From an uncultured Actinomycetes bacterium (GTDB lineage Bacteria > Actinomycetota > Thermoleophilia > UBA2241), in assembly GCA_963767005.1 (NCBI GenBank), contig CAVYCN010000003.1:384001-448000 (forward strand): 64,000 nt of DNA, given 5' to 3'. The notes under the pieces were generated by a model. It made no database searches, was not told the origin of the DNA, and was given only the letters and a program-made list of their open reading frames with translations. Position 1 is the first letter of the stretch; the number at the start of each line of letters is the position of its first letter. The translations under genes were made by a program, and so were the position numbers. Shown piece after piece: positions 29,449-39,129 of the stretch.

Positions 29449-30735
29449 ATGCGGCGCATCGTGTGGACTTCGCTTTCCTGCCTGCTCGTCGCGGTCGCGG
29501 TGGCCGCCTGCGGCGCAGGCTCTGGAGCTCGCCCGACCGACGAGGCGTCACCATCGTCGGCTGCCTCGGCGCGCCCTGCAACCGCCTCCGACGGCTCGGC
29601 CGCGACCTCACCTGGCCGGGCCACCCGACCATTCGGTCTGCTCCGTCTGCCGGACTCGGCCCAGGTCGCCTTCACGCGCGACGGCATCGTCTGGCGACTT
29701 CCGCCGCAGGAGGCCTCGCAGGCCGGTCCCGTGCCGCTCACACCGTTCTTTCGCTTCGACGTGTCCACGGGATCGATCGGCCCGGATCCCTGGCTCACGG
29801 CTCTCCTTGGACACCGCCGCTTCGATCGATGGATCCTCGCGGGCGACGCGGTGGCCTGGGTCGACAGTACACGACGCGTGAGCGGAGCGAACGGGGTCGT
29901 CATGAGCGCGGCGCAGGTGCAGACGGCCCGCCGACCCTCGACGACGGGCCGCCCCCTCATGCGGACGAGCTGGCGGCTGGTAGACCAGAGCGGAGGCGAC
30001 TACGACGCCGGCACCCGCCTCTCGGCCTTCGACGGTCGGCTCTGCGCCTTCTGGAGCCTCGACTCACCACGGACCGGCTCGTGGACCACGAAGCACTCCG
30101 GGCCGTGTCGAGGCCTCTGGCTCGTCGATCTCGAGACGGGCGCGCGGCGGCGGCTGGTGCGGGACGGCCGGTCTGGAGCCGACGTGCTCGCCATGGCGGG
30201 CGCGACGGCCTTCTGGGCGCCGAACCAGGAGTCGGCGAGCAACGGCGGCAGCCGCGTGTTCCACGTGAGCTCGACCGTGGCCTCGGAGGCTGCGGGCACG
30301 TTCCTGGCGCCCGTGCGCGTCGCCGGACCCGCCGCCGCCGACCAGGGGACGTTTGCCTTCAACGCGCTCCCGCCCGATTCGACGGACTGGGTCGGCGTCC
30401 ACGTCTGGGCCTACGCCTATGGCAACGGCAAGTTCTGGCAGCTTAGCGACGCACCCGAGGGACAGATGGTCGAAGCGGTCGCCGACGACTTCGTCGTCTG
30501 GATCGACTATCGCCGCTGGACGCCGGGCCATCCCGTGGTCGAGCTGCGCGGTACCGACATGCGCAGCTCTCGCCGACCGTTCACCATCACCTCGTATCGC
30601 GGCGACTTCGCGGACGTGGCGATGACCGGCGACGAGGTCTTCTGGACGGTCGAGGGCAGCAAAGCGAAGACCGTCTGCGGCACTCGACTCGTCAGGGCCG
30701 ACGACGGTACGCGGGTCCGCGTCGAGCCCCTTTAG
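29449..30735 (+). CDS. Hypothetical lipoprotein
   Basis: GAGGAG SD; signal with lipobox VAAC; beta-rich body with VWxD motifs. Confidence 0.7.
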   Translation: MRRIVWTSLSCLLVAVAVAACGAGSGARPTDEASPSSAASARPATASDGSAATSPGRATRPFGLLRLPDSAQVAFTRDGIVWRLPPQEASQAGPVPLTPFFRFDVSTGSIGPDPWLTALLGHRRFDRWILAGDAVAWVDSTRRVSGANGVVMSAAQVQTARRPSTTGRPLMRTSWRLVDQSGGDYDAGTRLSAFDGRLCAFWSLDSPRTGSWTTKHSGPCRGLWLVDLETGARRRLVRDGRSGADVLAMAGATAFWAPNQESASNGGSRVFHVSSTVASEAAGTFLAPVRVAGPAAADQGTFAFNALPPDSTDWVGVHVWAYAYGNGKFWQLSDAPEGQMVEAVADDFVVWIDYRRWTPGHPVVELRGTDMRSSRRPFTITSYRGDFADVAMTGDEVFWTVEGSKAKTVCGTRLVRADDGTRVRVEPL

Positions 30736-30738
30736 GCG

Positions 30739-31452
30739 CTACTGGTTCTCGAGCAGCTCCTCGGCCGCCACGTCGCGCACGACGCGCGCCGGCACGCCCA
30801 TGAGCACCTTGCCGGCCGGCGCGTCGCTCGTGACGACCGCGCCGGCCGCGATGAAGGCCTCGGCGCCGATCTCGATGCCGGGGCAGAGCACGACGCCGCC
30901 GCCGACACGGGCGCCGCGGCGGATGGTGGCACCCTTGATCAGGTCGTGGCGCTGCTCGGTGCGGCCCATGAAGTTGTCGTTCGTGGTCTGCACGCAGGGC
31001 GCGACGAAGACGTGGTCCTCGATCGTCATGTAGGCCGTGATGTAGGCGTTGGACTGGATCCTGGTGAAGTCGCCGATCGTCGTGTCGTTCTCGACGCAGG
31101 TGCCGCGCCCGACCACGACGCGCTCGCCGAGCACGCAGCGCTCGCGCACGCTGGCGAGGTCGCCGATCACGCAGCCGGGACCGGCCGTGACCCCGCGGTA
31201 GACGATGGCGCCGGTCGACACGACGCAGCCCGGCCCGAGACGCAAGGGGGCGAGCTCGCCGCGCTTCGCCGTGGACGAAGGCGACAGCGAGGGCACCTTG
31301 CCCAGCACGGCGCCGTCCTGGATGAAGCAGCCGTCGCCGATCTCGCTGTCGTCGTAGACGACGACGTTGGCGCCGAACACGACGCCGTCGCCCACCGACA
31401 CGTCGGCGCCGAGCAGCAGGTTGTGACCGAGGTCGGACGAGTGCAGCGCCAT
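30739..31452 (-). CDS. Hexapeptide-repeat N-acetyltransferase (WbpD/WlbB-like)
   Basis: Left-handed beta-helix repeats, IEDHVFVAP...TTND, GAVVTSD, GVPAR. Confidence 0.88.
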   Translation of the reverse strand: MALHSSDLGHNLLLGADVSVGDGVVFGANVVVYDDSEIGDGCFIQDGAVLGKVPSLSPSSTAKRGELAPLRLGPGCVVSTGAIVYRGVTAGPGCVIGDLASVRERCVLGERVVVGRGTCVENDTTIGDFTRIQSNAYITAYMTIEDHVFVAPCVQTTNDNFMGRTEQRHDLIKGATIRRGARVGGGVVLCPGIEIGAEAFIAAGAVVTSDAPAGKVLMGVPARVVRDVAAEELLENQ

Positions 31453-31456
31453 GCCG

Positions 31457-32488
31457 CTAGCCGACCGTGAGGTCGGCCGTCCTGACCGGCCGGCCGCCGT
31501 CGCGCAGCGAGCGCTCCATGGCTTCGAGCACCCGCACCACGTTGAGCCCGTCGCGACCGTCCGACAGCGGCTTGCGACCCTCGCGCACGCACTCGACGAA
31601 GTGCTCGACCTCGAGCTTGAGGGGCTCGTCGTTGGCGATCCGCGGGATGTGGATGTCGCCGAAGCGCAGCGTGACGTACTCGCCGTACGACTGGTAGGCC
31701 GGCACCACCGCCGCCTTGTCGTAGACGGTGACCTTGCGATCGGCGTCCATGTCGTCGAAGACGGCCATCTTGTCGGAACCGACCACCGTGATCTTGCGCG
31801 TCTTGTGCGGATCGAGCCAGCTCACGTGAAGGTGGCCGATCATGCCCGACGGGTAGCGGATGTAGCCGAACACGACGTCCTCGACGCCGGGCTGCAGGTA
31901 GCACTCGCCGCGCGCCGAGACCTCTTCGGGCTCCTCGCCGGTCAGGTAGTTGATGACCGAGATGTCGTGCGGCCCCAGGCTCCACAGGGCGTTCTCGTCG
32001 GGCCGCACCTTGCCCAGGTTCAGGCGGTTCGCGTACACGTAGAAGATGTGGCCGAGCTCGCCGGCGTCGAGCAGCTCCTTCACCTTGCGCACAGCCGGGT
32101 GGTACTCGAGCAGATGGCCGACCATGAGCAGGCGACCGCACGCCTCGGCGATGCGCACGAGGTCTTCGGCGTCGGCCGCCGTGACCGCCATCGGCTTCTC
32201 GATGAAGGCGTGCTTGCCGGCCTCGAGCACGCGCTTGCCGAGCGCGTAATGCGTCGGCACCGAGGTGGCCAGCACGACGGCGTCGACCGTCGGATCGGCG
32301 AGCACGTCGTCGAGCTCGCCCGTCGCCGCCGCGTCGGGGAACTGGGCCTTCGCCCGGGCGAGGACCTTGTCGTCGGCGTCGCAGCACCAGGCGAGCTCGG
32401 CGCCGGCCAGACGGTCTACGTTGCGCGCCAGGTTGGGCCCCCAGTAGTTGAGGCCCACCACGCCGATCCGCACGGGGTCAGCACTCAT
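31457..32488 (-). CDS. Gfo/Idh/MocA oxidoreductase (WbpB-like)
   Basis: IGVVGLNYWG, GKHAFIEKP, MVGHLLEYHP, PHD, SWLDPHK. Confidence 0.9.
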   Translation of the reverse strand: MSADPVRIGVVGLNYWGPNLARNVDRLAGAELAWCCDADDKVLARAKAQFPDAAATGELDDVLADPTVDAVVLATSVPTHYALGKRVLEAGKHAFIEKPMAVTAADAEDLVRIAEACGRLLMVGHLLEYHPAVRKVKELLDAGELGHIFYVYANRLNLGKVRPDENALWSLGPHDISVINYLTGEEPEEVSARGECYLQPGVEDVVFGYIRYPSGMIGHLHVSWLDPHKTRKITVVGSDKMAVFDDMDADRKVTVYDKAAVVPAYQSYGEYVTLRFGDIHIPRIANDEPLKLEVEHFVECVREGRKPLSDGRDGLNVVRVLEAMERSLRDGGRPVRTADLTVG

Positions 32489-32532
32489 GGGGCGTCACCA
32501 TCCTTTGTCGCGGACGGGCCCGCCGTCTCGCG

Positions 32533-33798
32533 TCAGAGCTTCCAGACCTTGCCGGCGCCGTCGAGGCCGGCGGTGGCGTTGCGCAGGTCGACTACGAGCC
32601 GCGCCTTGCCGACCACGTCGGCGTAGTCGATCTTCGTGTGGGCCGTCACCACGATCACGACGTCGTAGGCGCCGAGGCCATCGCCGCCGTCGAGGTCGAC
32701 GGAGCGCAGGTCGAACGCCGGCAGCTCGGCCACGAAGGGGTCGTGATAGTCGACCGCCGCGCCCTGGCTGCGCAACTGGCGGATGATCTTGAGGGCGGGC
32801 GACTCGCGCAGGTCGTCGATGTCGGCCTTGTAGGCCACGCCCAGCACGAGCACCCTGGCGCCGTGCAGCGCCTTGCCCTGAGAGTTCAGGGCGCGCGTCA
32901 CCTTGGCCACGCAGAAGTACGGCATGTTCTCGTTGACCTTGCCGGCCAGCTCGATGAACTCGGTCCAGAAGTCGACCTCACGTGCCTTCCAGGACAGGTA
33001 GAAGGGGTCGATCGGGATGCAGTGGCCGCCCAGACCGGGTCCGGGCAGGAACTTCATGAAGCCGAACGGCTTGCTGCCGGCGGCCTCGATGACCTCCCAG
33101 ATGTCGATCCCTAGACGGTCGCAGAGCATGGCGAGCTCGTTGACGAGAGCGATGTTGACGCTGCGGAAGATGTTCTCGAGCAGCTTCGTCATCTCGGCCA
33201 CCTCGGGGGTGGTGACCGGCACGAGCGTGTCGAGCGCCTGGCCGTAGACCTCGAGCACCTTGGCCGTGCAGGCCGGCGTGAGGCCGCCGACGACCTTGGG
33301 CGTGGTCTTGGTCGTGTAGTCGGTGCGGCCGGGGTCGACCCGCTCCGGCGAGAAGGCGAGATGGAAGTCGACGCCGGCCTTGAGGCCCGACCCCTCCTCG
33401 AGCAGCGGGGCGAGCTCGTCGCGCGTGGTGCCCGGGTAGGTCGTGCTCTCGAGGCAGACGAGCTGGCCGGGGCGCACGTGCCCGGAGAGCATGGCGGTGG
33501 CCTGCTTGACGAGCGTCAGGTCGGGCTCGCGGTTGGCGTTGAGCGGCGTCGGCAGACAGATGATGTCGGCCGCGCAGCCTTCGGTCGCGGCGTAGTCGGT
33601 CGTCGCCCGCAGAATGCCGCGCGAGACGACCGCCCGCAGCGCCTCGTCGGACACGTCGACGATGTACGAGTCGCCGCGGTTGACCGCGGCGCAGCGCCCG
33701 GCGTCGGCTTCGATGCCGACGACCTCGACACCCGCTTCGGCGAAGGTGACCGCCAGAGGCAGGCCGACGTAGCCCATGCCGATGACTGCGATCTTCAC
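32533..33798 (-). CDS. UDP-N-acetylhexosamine 6-dehydrogenase (WbpA/WecC-like)
   Basis: IGMGYVGLPLA, ESTTYPGTT, SPERVDPG, KLLENIFR, GLGGHCIPIDP, AYKADIDDLRESP. Confidence 0.94.
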   Translation of the reverse strand: MKIAVIGMGYVGLPLAVTFAEAGVEVVGIEADAGRCAAVNRGDSYIVDVSDEALRAVVSRGILRATTDYAATEGCAADIICLPTPLNANREPDLTLVKQATAMLSGHVRPGQLVCLESTTYPGTTRDELAPLLEEGSGLKAGVDFHLAFSPERVDPGRTDYTTKTTPKVVGGLTPACTAKVLEVYGQALDTLVPVTTPEVAEMTKLLENIFRSVNIALVNELAMLCDRLGIDIWEVIEAAGSKPFGFMKFLPGPGLGGHCIPIDPFYLSWKAREVDFWTEFIELAGKVNENMPYFCVAKVTRALNSQGKALHGARVLVLGVAYKADIDDLRESPALKIIRQLRSQGAAVDYHDPFVAELPAFDLRSVDLDGGDGLGAYDVVIVVTAHTKIDYADVVGKARLVVDLRNATAGLDGAGKVWKL

Positions 33799-33913
33799 TG
33801 TCCGCTCCCGTTCGAGGTGCCGGTCGAGGCCCGGTCGCGGTGCGGCCGGGATGTCAGATTCTATCCCATCGGTCGGAGGCTGGTCGGTGACGCCGCCCAC
33901 GTCTCGCGGCGCG

Positions 33914-35005
33914 TCACCGCAGCGAATACCGGCGCCGCTCGTTCTCGCAGGGCGGTCCGGCACAGACGTCGACGGTCAGGGCCTGCGGGTCCCAGATCAT
34001 GCTGGCCGTGGTCATGTCGCGCTCGCCGGGCGGCACGCTCGGATCGGGGTGACCGCAGATCGAGGTCGCGTCGGCGACGCCGTCGTGGTCGCTCATGATG
34101 GCGCACAGCAGCTCGTGCGGATCGTCGCCGCGGGCGAGGCCGGCGTCGAGCAGGGCGCCGGCGCGCTCCAGGCGGCGGCGGGTCCCCGCCGAGGTCGAGG
34201 TGTCGTGGGCCACCATGTCGGGGTGCACGTAATGGTTGGTGTGGACGAGGCGATCGTCGCCCTCGATCGTGGCGGCCGCCGTGGCCGAGGTCTCGACGTC
34301 GAGCAGCCGGCCGGCGGCGTCGATCAGGAGGGCGTTGGAGCCCCGCGCCCGCGTCGGCAGCAAGAGGCGCTCGCGGGCGTCGTCGAGCGAGCGCGCCTCG
34401 AGCAGGTGGCGGCGTATCAGATTGTTGGGCACGCCGATGCGCTGGTCGTCGGCGTAGACCGTGTTGCCGCCCGTCGCCACGCCGTGCGAGTTGAGGCCGG
34501 TCGGCGGCAGCAGGCAGGCCGAGGCCATGGCCAGGATGCTCGTGCCGTCGTCGGTCGTGATGCGCAGCAGCACGTTCTTGTCGACGTCGCCGGCCCACCA
34601 GTCCTCGTTGTGGGCGAGCAGGCAGCGGCCGCCGGCGCGCAGCCCCACCGACGTGCAGTGCGCGCCGTGGCCCGGGCGCTGCGGCTCGGCGGCCGCGCCC
34701 GGGTCGCTGTTGCAGGTCAGCTCCTCGCCGAGGTTGGGAACGAGCAGCCGCGAAAGCGGCACGCCCGCCCCCTCGGCCATGCCCTCGAGCTCCTCGACCA
34801 CACCGGGCAGGGCGTCGCGCGCGGCCGTCAGGTAGGCCAGGCTTTCGCGCTCGGCGAGGGCGAAGCTGATGCCCCCCATGGCCTCGTGATACTCCTCGTA
34901 GTAGGCGAGGCCGGCAACGATCAGGTCGCGCGCCGCCTCGCCGATCTGGCGCCCGATCTCATGATGGCTGCCGCTGGCTTCGACCTCGATGAAGGGGATG
35001 CTCAC
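33914..35005 (-). CDS. C45-family autoproteolytic acyltransferase/peptidase (Ntn hydrolase)
   Basis: EELEGMAEGAG, H|CTS processing site, AHNED, GLNSHG, HTNHY. Confidence 0.88.
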   Translation of the reverse strand: MSIPFIEVEASGSHHEIGRQIGEAARDLIVAGLAYYEEYHEAMGGISFALAERESLAYLTAARDALPGVVEELEGMAEGAGVPLSRLLVPNLGEELTCNSDPGAAAEPQRPGHGAHCTSVGLRAGGRCLLAHNEDWWAGDVDKNVLLRITTDDGTSILAMASACLLPPTGLNSHGVATGGNTVYADDQRIGVPNNLIRRHLLEARSLDDARERLLLPTRARGSNALLIDAAGRLLDVETSATAAATIEGDDRLVHTNHYVHPDMVAHDTSTSAGTRRRLERAGALLDAGLARGDDPHELLCAIMSDHDGVADATSICGHPDPSVPPGERDMTTASMIWDPQALTVDVCAGPPCENERRRYSLR

Positions 35006-36153
35006 GTAAGACCGTCCTTGCCGTGCTTGCCCATGTTCTCGCCGGCGGCGACGCTCCCTGCCTCGCCGCCGCCGTCCGTGCACTCGAGCCAGACACCCAG
35101 CGCGGCCGCGATGCGATCGCCGGCGTCGCCTGTGCCGTAGAAGTCGGGGTGTGCGGGGCCCCTGGGCGGGTCGAGCAGGGCGGCCGCGACGGCGTCGCGG
35201 TCCGTGCCGGCCAGCACGTTCCAGCCGCTCGTCACCGTCTCGACCCACTCGCTCGTGTCGCGCAGGGTCACGCAGGGCACCGCGAAGAAGTATGCCTCCT
35301 TCTGCAGGCCGCCGGAATCGGTCGCCACCACGCGGGCGTTGCGGGCGAGGGCGAGCGCTTCGGCGTGGCCGACCGGGTCGACCAGCCGCAGACCCGGACC
35401 CGCCACGTGGTCGAGGCCGAAGCGGGCGATGCTCGCCGCCGTGCGCGGGTGCAGCGGCAGCACGACGGTCTCGCCGCTGTCGCTCAGCGCCTCGATCACC
35501 GCGCGCAAGGCCGCCGGGTCGTCGGCCGTGGCCGGCCGGTGCACGGTCGCCAGCACGTACCGGCCGGGCTCGAGGCCGAACCGTGCGAGCGCCGCGCGCT
35601 CGCGGTCGGGCGTGAGGCTCGTCATCGCCAGATCGAACATGACGTCGCCGGTCTCGACCACCCCGTCGACGATGCCCTCGCGCCCGAGGTTGGCGACGGC
35701 GGTGTCGGTCGGGCAGAACAGCAGGCTCGACAGGTGGTCGGTCAGGACGCGGTTGACCTCTTCGGGCATGCGCCGGTCGTAGGAGCGAAGCCCGGCTTCG
35801 ACGTGGGCGACCGGCACGTTCAGCTTGGCGGCGGCGAGGGCGCCGGCGAGCGTCGAGTTGGTGTCACCGTACACGAGCACGAGCGCCGGCCGCAGGTCGA
35901 CGATCGCGTCGGCAACGCCGGTGAGCATGGCGGCCGTCTGGGCGGCGTGGCTCCCGGAGCCGACGCCGAGCTCGATGTCGGCGCGCGGCAGGTCGAGCTC
36001 CTCGTAGAAGGCACCCGCCAGCAGGTGGTCGTAGTGCTGCCCGGTGTCGAGCAGCACCTCGCGCGCCACCGCACGCACGGCGCGCGACACCACGGCCGCC
36101 TTGATGTACTGCGGCCGGTTGCCGACCACCGAGAGGACCACGCGACGCGTCAC
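35002..36153 (-). CDS. wecB: UDP-N-acetylglucosamine 2-epimerase (non-hydrolysing; WecB/WbpI-like)
   Basis: VGNRPQYIKAA, TGQHYD, YGDTNSTLA, HVEAGLRS, PEEVNR, TDSGGLQKEA. Confidence 0.94.
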   Translation of the reverse strand: MTRRVVLSVVGNRPQYIKAAVVSRAVRAVAREVLLDTGQHYDHLLAGAFYEELDLPRADIELGVGSGSHAAQTAAMLTGVADAIVDLRPALVLVYGDTNSTLAGALAAAKLNVPVAHVEAGLRSYDRRMPEEVNRVLTDHLSSLLFCPTDTAVANLGREGIVDGVVETGDVMFDLAMTSLTPDRERAALARFGLEPGRYVLATVHRPATADDPAALRAVIEALSDSGETVVLPLHPRTAASIARFGLDHVAGPGLRLVDPVGHAEALALARNARVVATDSGGLQKEAYFFAVPCVTLRDTSEWVETVTSGWNVLAGTDRDAVAAALLDPPRGPAHPDFYGTGDAGDRIAAALGVWLECTDGGGEAGSVAAGENMGKHGKDGLT

Positions 36154-36305
36154 ACCCTGCTCCCTTCGCATCCGCTGCCGGTCAAGTCTAACCCGGACCG
36201 GGCCCCGCCCGCGCGGCCCCTCGGCTCCGCATGCGCCGCGCCGGCGCCCTCCGGCGACGGCGCGGCAAACCCCCGGCGCTCCTCCCGCAGGGGTACAATC
36301 TGGTG

Positions 36306-36848
36306 ATGAACGAGCGTCCCGACCACGTCGTCGAAGGGCTGCCGAGCGACCTCGACCGGTTCCTGCGCGACTTCTTTCCCCGCAAGCGCTGGCAGGCGCG
36401 CGTGCAGTACGACCACCGCGCGCGGCGCTTCTTTCTGGACGTCACGGTGAGCGACGACGGCCTCGCCGGCGACGATCGCTTTCTCTCGCTGCTCGCCTAC
36501 TACTGGCGCGGCCAGCGTGCCCTGCTCGAACAGAACCTCGGCCTCGAGCTGCAGTGCCGCCTGTACTCGGGAGAGGGCGCCGACCTCACCCAGCGCCTGC
36601 GCACCGCCGAGTCGAGTTACCTAGACGACGGCCAGCGCAACTCGGCCATGAGCCGCGAGCTCGCCTGGCTCGGCTTTCGCCGGCGCTTCGTGCGCGACCT
36701 CGTGCCGCGCACGCTCCTGTGGGCCGCCGCGATCGCGCTCATCGTGCTGGTCCTGGGCCTCGACCTGTGGACCGCGCTGCTGCTCTGCATCGTCGCGCTG
36801 GTCGTGCAGGTCACGCTCAGCTCGGTCCTGCCGGGCCGCGCCACCTGA
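36306..36848 (+). CDS. Hypothetical protein with two C-terminal TM helices
   Basis: GC3-biased ORF; ATG shortly after a TACAAT -10-like box. Confidence 0.7.
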   Translation: MNERPDHVVEGLPSDLDRFLRDFFPRKRWQARVQYDHRARRFFLDVTVSDDGLAGDDRFLSLLAYYWRGQRALLEQNLGLELQCRLYSGEGADLTQRLRTAESSYLDDGQRNSAMSRELAWLGFRRRFVRDLVPRTLLWAAAIALIVLVLGLDLWTALLLCIVALVVQVTLSSVLPGRAT

Positions 36849-36913
36849 GAGGGTCAGCGGCCCTGGCTCGGGCGCGCGGCCGCCGGGCGCCGGTCCCGGG
36901 GCCATCGAGTAAG

Positions 36914-38257
36914 ATGAGCGGCGTGATGGAGCTGCTCCCTCGCCTCACCGCCCGTTCCGTGGCGGGTGCCGTGCGCCTGGCCGGCGCCGGCCAGGCGAGC
37001 AGCATGCCCGGCAAGGTCGTGAACCGCCTGTTCCCCGGCTACCTCGCGGCCCACGCGCGCCACCTGACCAAGGGTTTCGCCGTGGTGACCGGCACGAACG
37101 GCAAGACCACGACCGCCAACATGGCGGCCCGTGCGCTGGCCGACGCCGGCCGCGACATCGTGCACAACAGCGAAGGCGCCAACCTGCTGTCGGGCATCGC
37201 CACCGCCTTCGCCCGCCGGCCCGACGCCCGGTTCGCGCTGCTCGAGATCGACGAGGCGATCGTGCCGGCCGCGCTCGACGCCCTCGGCCGGCCGCGGGTG
37301 GTCGTGCTCTCCAACCTCTTCCGCGACCAGCTCGACCGCTACGGCGAGGTCGACCGCCTCGCGGCCGGCTGGCTGACCGCCCTGCGGCCGCTCACCGGGA
37401 CCGTGCTCGTGGCCAACGCCGACGACCCGATCGTCGCCTGGGTGGCACGCGAGTCGGGCTGCCTCACCCTGTACTTCGGCGTCGACGTGCGCGACGGCCG
37501 CGCCGAGCGCGAGGTGAGCGACGTCGCCATCTGCCCGCGCTGCTCGACCATGCTCGAGTACACGTCGCGCTGGCTGTCGCAGCTCGGCGACTACCGCTGC
37601 CCGTCGTGCGGTTTCGCGCGACCGCCGCGCGACCTCGAGGCGCGCGGCCTGCGCACGGTCGGTGGGCACGCGGAGGCGGAGCTCGCCGGCCTCGCGGCCG
37701 GCGAGCTCCGCCTCCGCGTGCCCGGCCTCTACAACGTCTACAACGCCCTCGCCGCCCTCGCTCTCACTCAGCGGCTCGGCGTCGCGCCGGCGTCGGCGCT
37801 CGCCTCGTTCGCCGCCTACCAGCCGGTGTTCGGGCGCTGGAGCCGGGTGCGGCGCGACGGTCTCACCGTCCAGGTCAACCTCGTCAAGAACCCGGCCGGC
37901 ATGAACCAGACGCTCCGCGCCCTGGCCGAGGTCGAGGGCGCCAAGACGCTCGTCTTCGTGCTCAACGACAACATCGCCGACGGTCGCGACATCTCGTGGA
38001 TCTGGGACGCCGACATGGAGGAGCTCCTGCCGGCCGCCGATCTCGTCGTCACGACCGGCACGCGCCGCGGCGAGATGGCGCTCCGGCTGAACTACGCCGG
38101 CGTGCCCGACGAACGGCTCGAGACGGTCTCGTCGCTCGCCGACGCGCTGCGCCTGGCCGCCGCGCGCGGCGCGACCGACGTCTACCTGCTGCCCACCTAC
38201 ACGGCCCTGAAAGAGGTCCGCGCGAGCCTCGCCGGCTGGGAGGTGGTGCGCCAGTGA
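36914..38257 (+). CDS. murT: Lipid II isoglutaminyl synthase, ligase subunit
   Basis: VTGTNGKTTT, GANL, EIDE, NLFRDQLDRYGE, CPRC/CPSC zinc motif, LVKNPAG, DGRDISWIWD. Confidence 0.93.
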   Translation: MSGVMELLPRLTARSVAGAVRLAGAGQASSMPGKVVNRLFPGYLAAHARHLTKGFAVVTGTNGKTTTANMAARALADAGRDIVHNSEGANLLSGIATAFARRPDARFALLEIDEAIVPAALDALGRPRVVVLSNLFRDQLDRYGEVDRLAAGWLTALRPLTGTVLVANADDPIVAWVARESGCLTLYFGVDVRDGRAEREVSDVAICPRCSTMLEYTSRWLSQLGDYRCPSCGFARPPRDLEARGLRTVGGHAEAELAGLAAGELRLRVPGLYNVYNALAALALTQRLGVAPASALASFAAYQPVFGRWSRVRRDGLTVQVNLVKNPAGMNQTLRALAEVEGAKTLVFVLNDNIADGRDISWIWDADMEELLPAADLVVTTGTRRGEMALRLNYAGVPDERLETVSSLADALRLAAARGATDVYLLPTYTALKEVRASLAGWEVVRQ

Positions 38258-39129
38258 CCGGTACCCCGGCGGCGCCGGGCCGTCCGGCGCCGGGCCACGA
38301 CGCCCTGATCACGGCCGTCCACCTGTTCCCGACCACCATGAACACCTACGGCGATCGCGGCAACGTGGCCGCCCTCACCCGGCGCGCCGACCTGCGCGAC
38401 CTCGGCCTGCGCTGGCAGGCGGTCGAGCTCGGCGACGAGCCCCCCGCCCGCTGCGACCTCGTCTTCATGGGCGGCGGCCAGGACCGCGTGCAGCACGCGG
38501 CCGCCGCCGACCTCGCCCGCCTGCGGCCCTGGCTCGCCGGTGTGATCGACGACGGCGGCGTGGTCTTTGCCGTGTGCGCCGGCCTGCAGCTTCTCGGCCG
38601 CCGCTACGTGGCGGCCGACGGCAGCGAGCTCACCGGCCTCGGTCTGCTCGACCTCGAGACGCTCGCGGCCAAGCCCGGCGAGTGGCGCCTGATCGGCAAC
38701 GTCGTGGCCGAGGTGCCGGCGCCGGCGAGCGTCGCCGGCAGCGGACCGGGCGAGGCCCACCTGCTGGTCGGTTTCGAGAACCACGGCGGGCGCACGTTCC
38801 TGGGAGACGAGCGGCCGCTCGGGCGGGTGCGTTGCGGCTACGGCAACAACGGTCGCGACGGCGGCGAGGGGGTCGACGCCGGGCGCGTGATCGCCACCTA
38901 CCTGCACGGCCCCGTGCTGCCCAAGAACGCGTGGCTCACCGACCACCTGCTGGCCCTGGCCCTGGACCACGCCGGCGGGGGCGCGCTCGCGCCGCTCGCC
39001 TGTGAGCGCGAGGACGCCGCCCAGCGCGAAGCCGTGCGGGTCGCCGAGCGCGACGCCGGTCGACGCCACACCGGACGCGGCGCGCTGGCCCGCCTGCGGG
39101 CCGCGTTCTCGCGAAGGCCGGCCCGGTGA
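38254..39129 (+). CDS. gatD: Lipid II isoglutaminyl synthase, glutaminase subunit
   Basis: MNTYGDRGN, GGGQD, AVCAGLQLLG, GFENHGG, GYGNNG, TYLHGPVLPKN. Confidence 0.93.
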   Translation: MTGTPAAPGRPAPGHDALITAVHLFPTTMNTYGDRGNVAALTRRADLRDLGLRWQAVELGDEPPARCDLVFMGGGQDRVQHAAAADLARLRPWLAGVIDDGGVVFAVCAGLQLLGRRYVAADGSELTGLGLLDLETLAAKPGEWRLIGNVVAEVPAPASVAGSGPGEAHLLVGFENHGGRTFLGDERPLGRVRCGYGNNGRDGGEGVDAGRVIATYLHGPVLPKNAWLTDHLLALALDHAGGGALAPLACEREDAAQREAVRVAERDAGRRHTGRGALARLRAAFSRRPAR

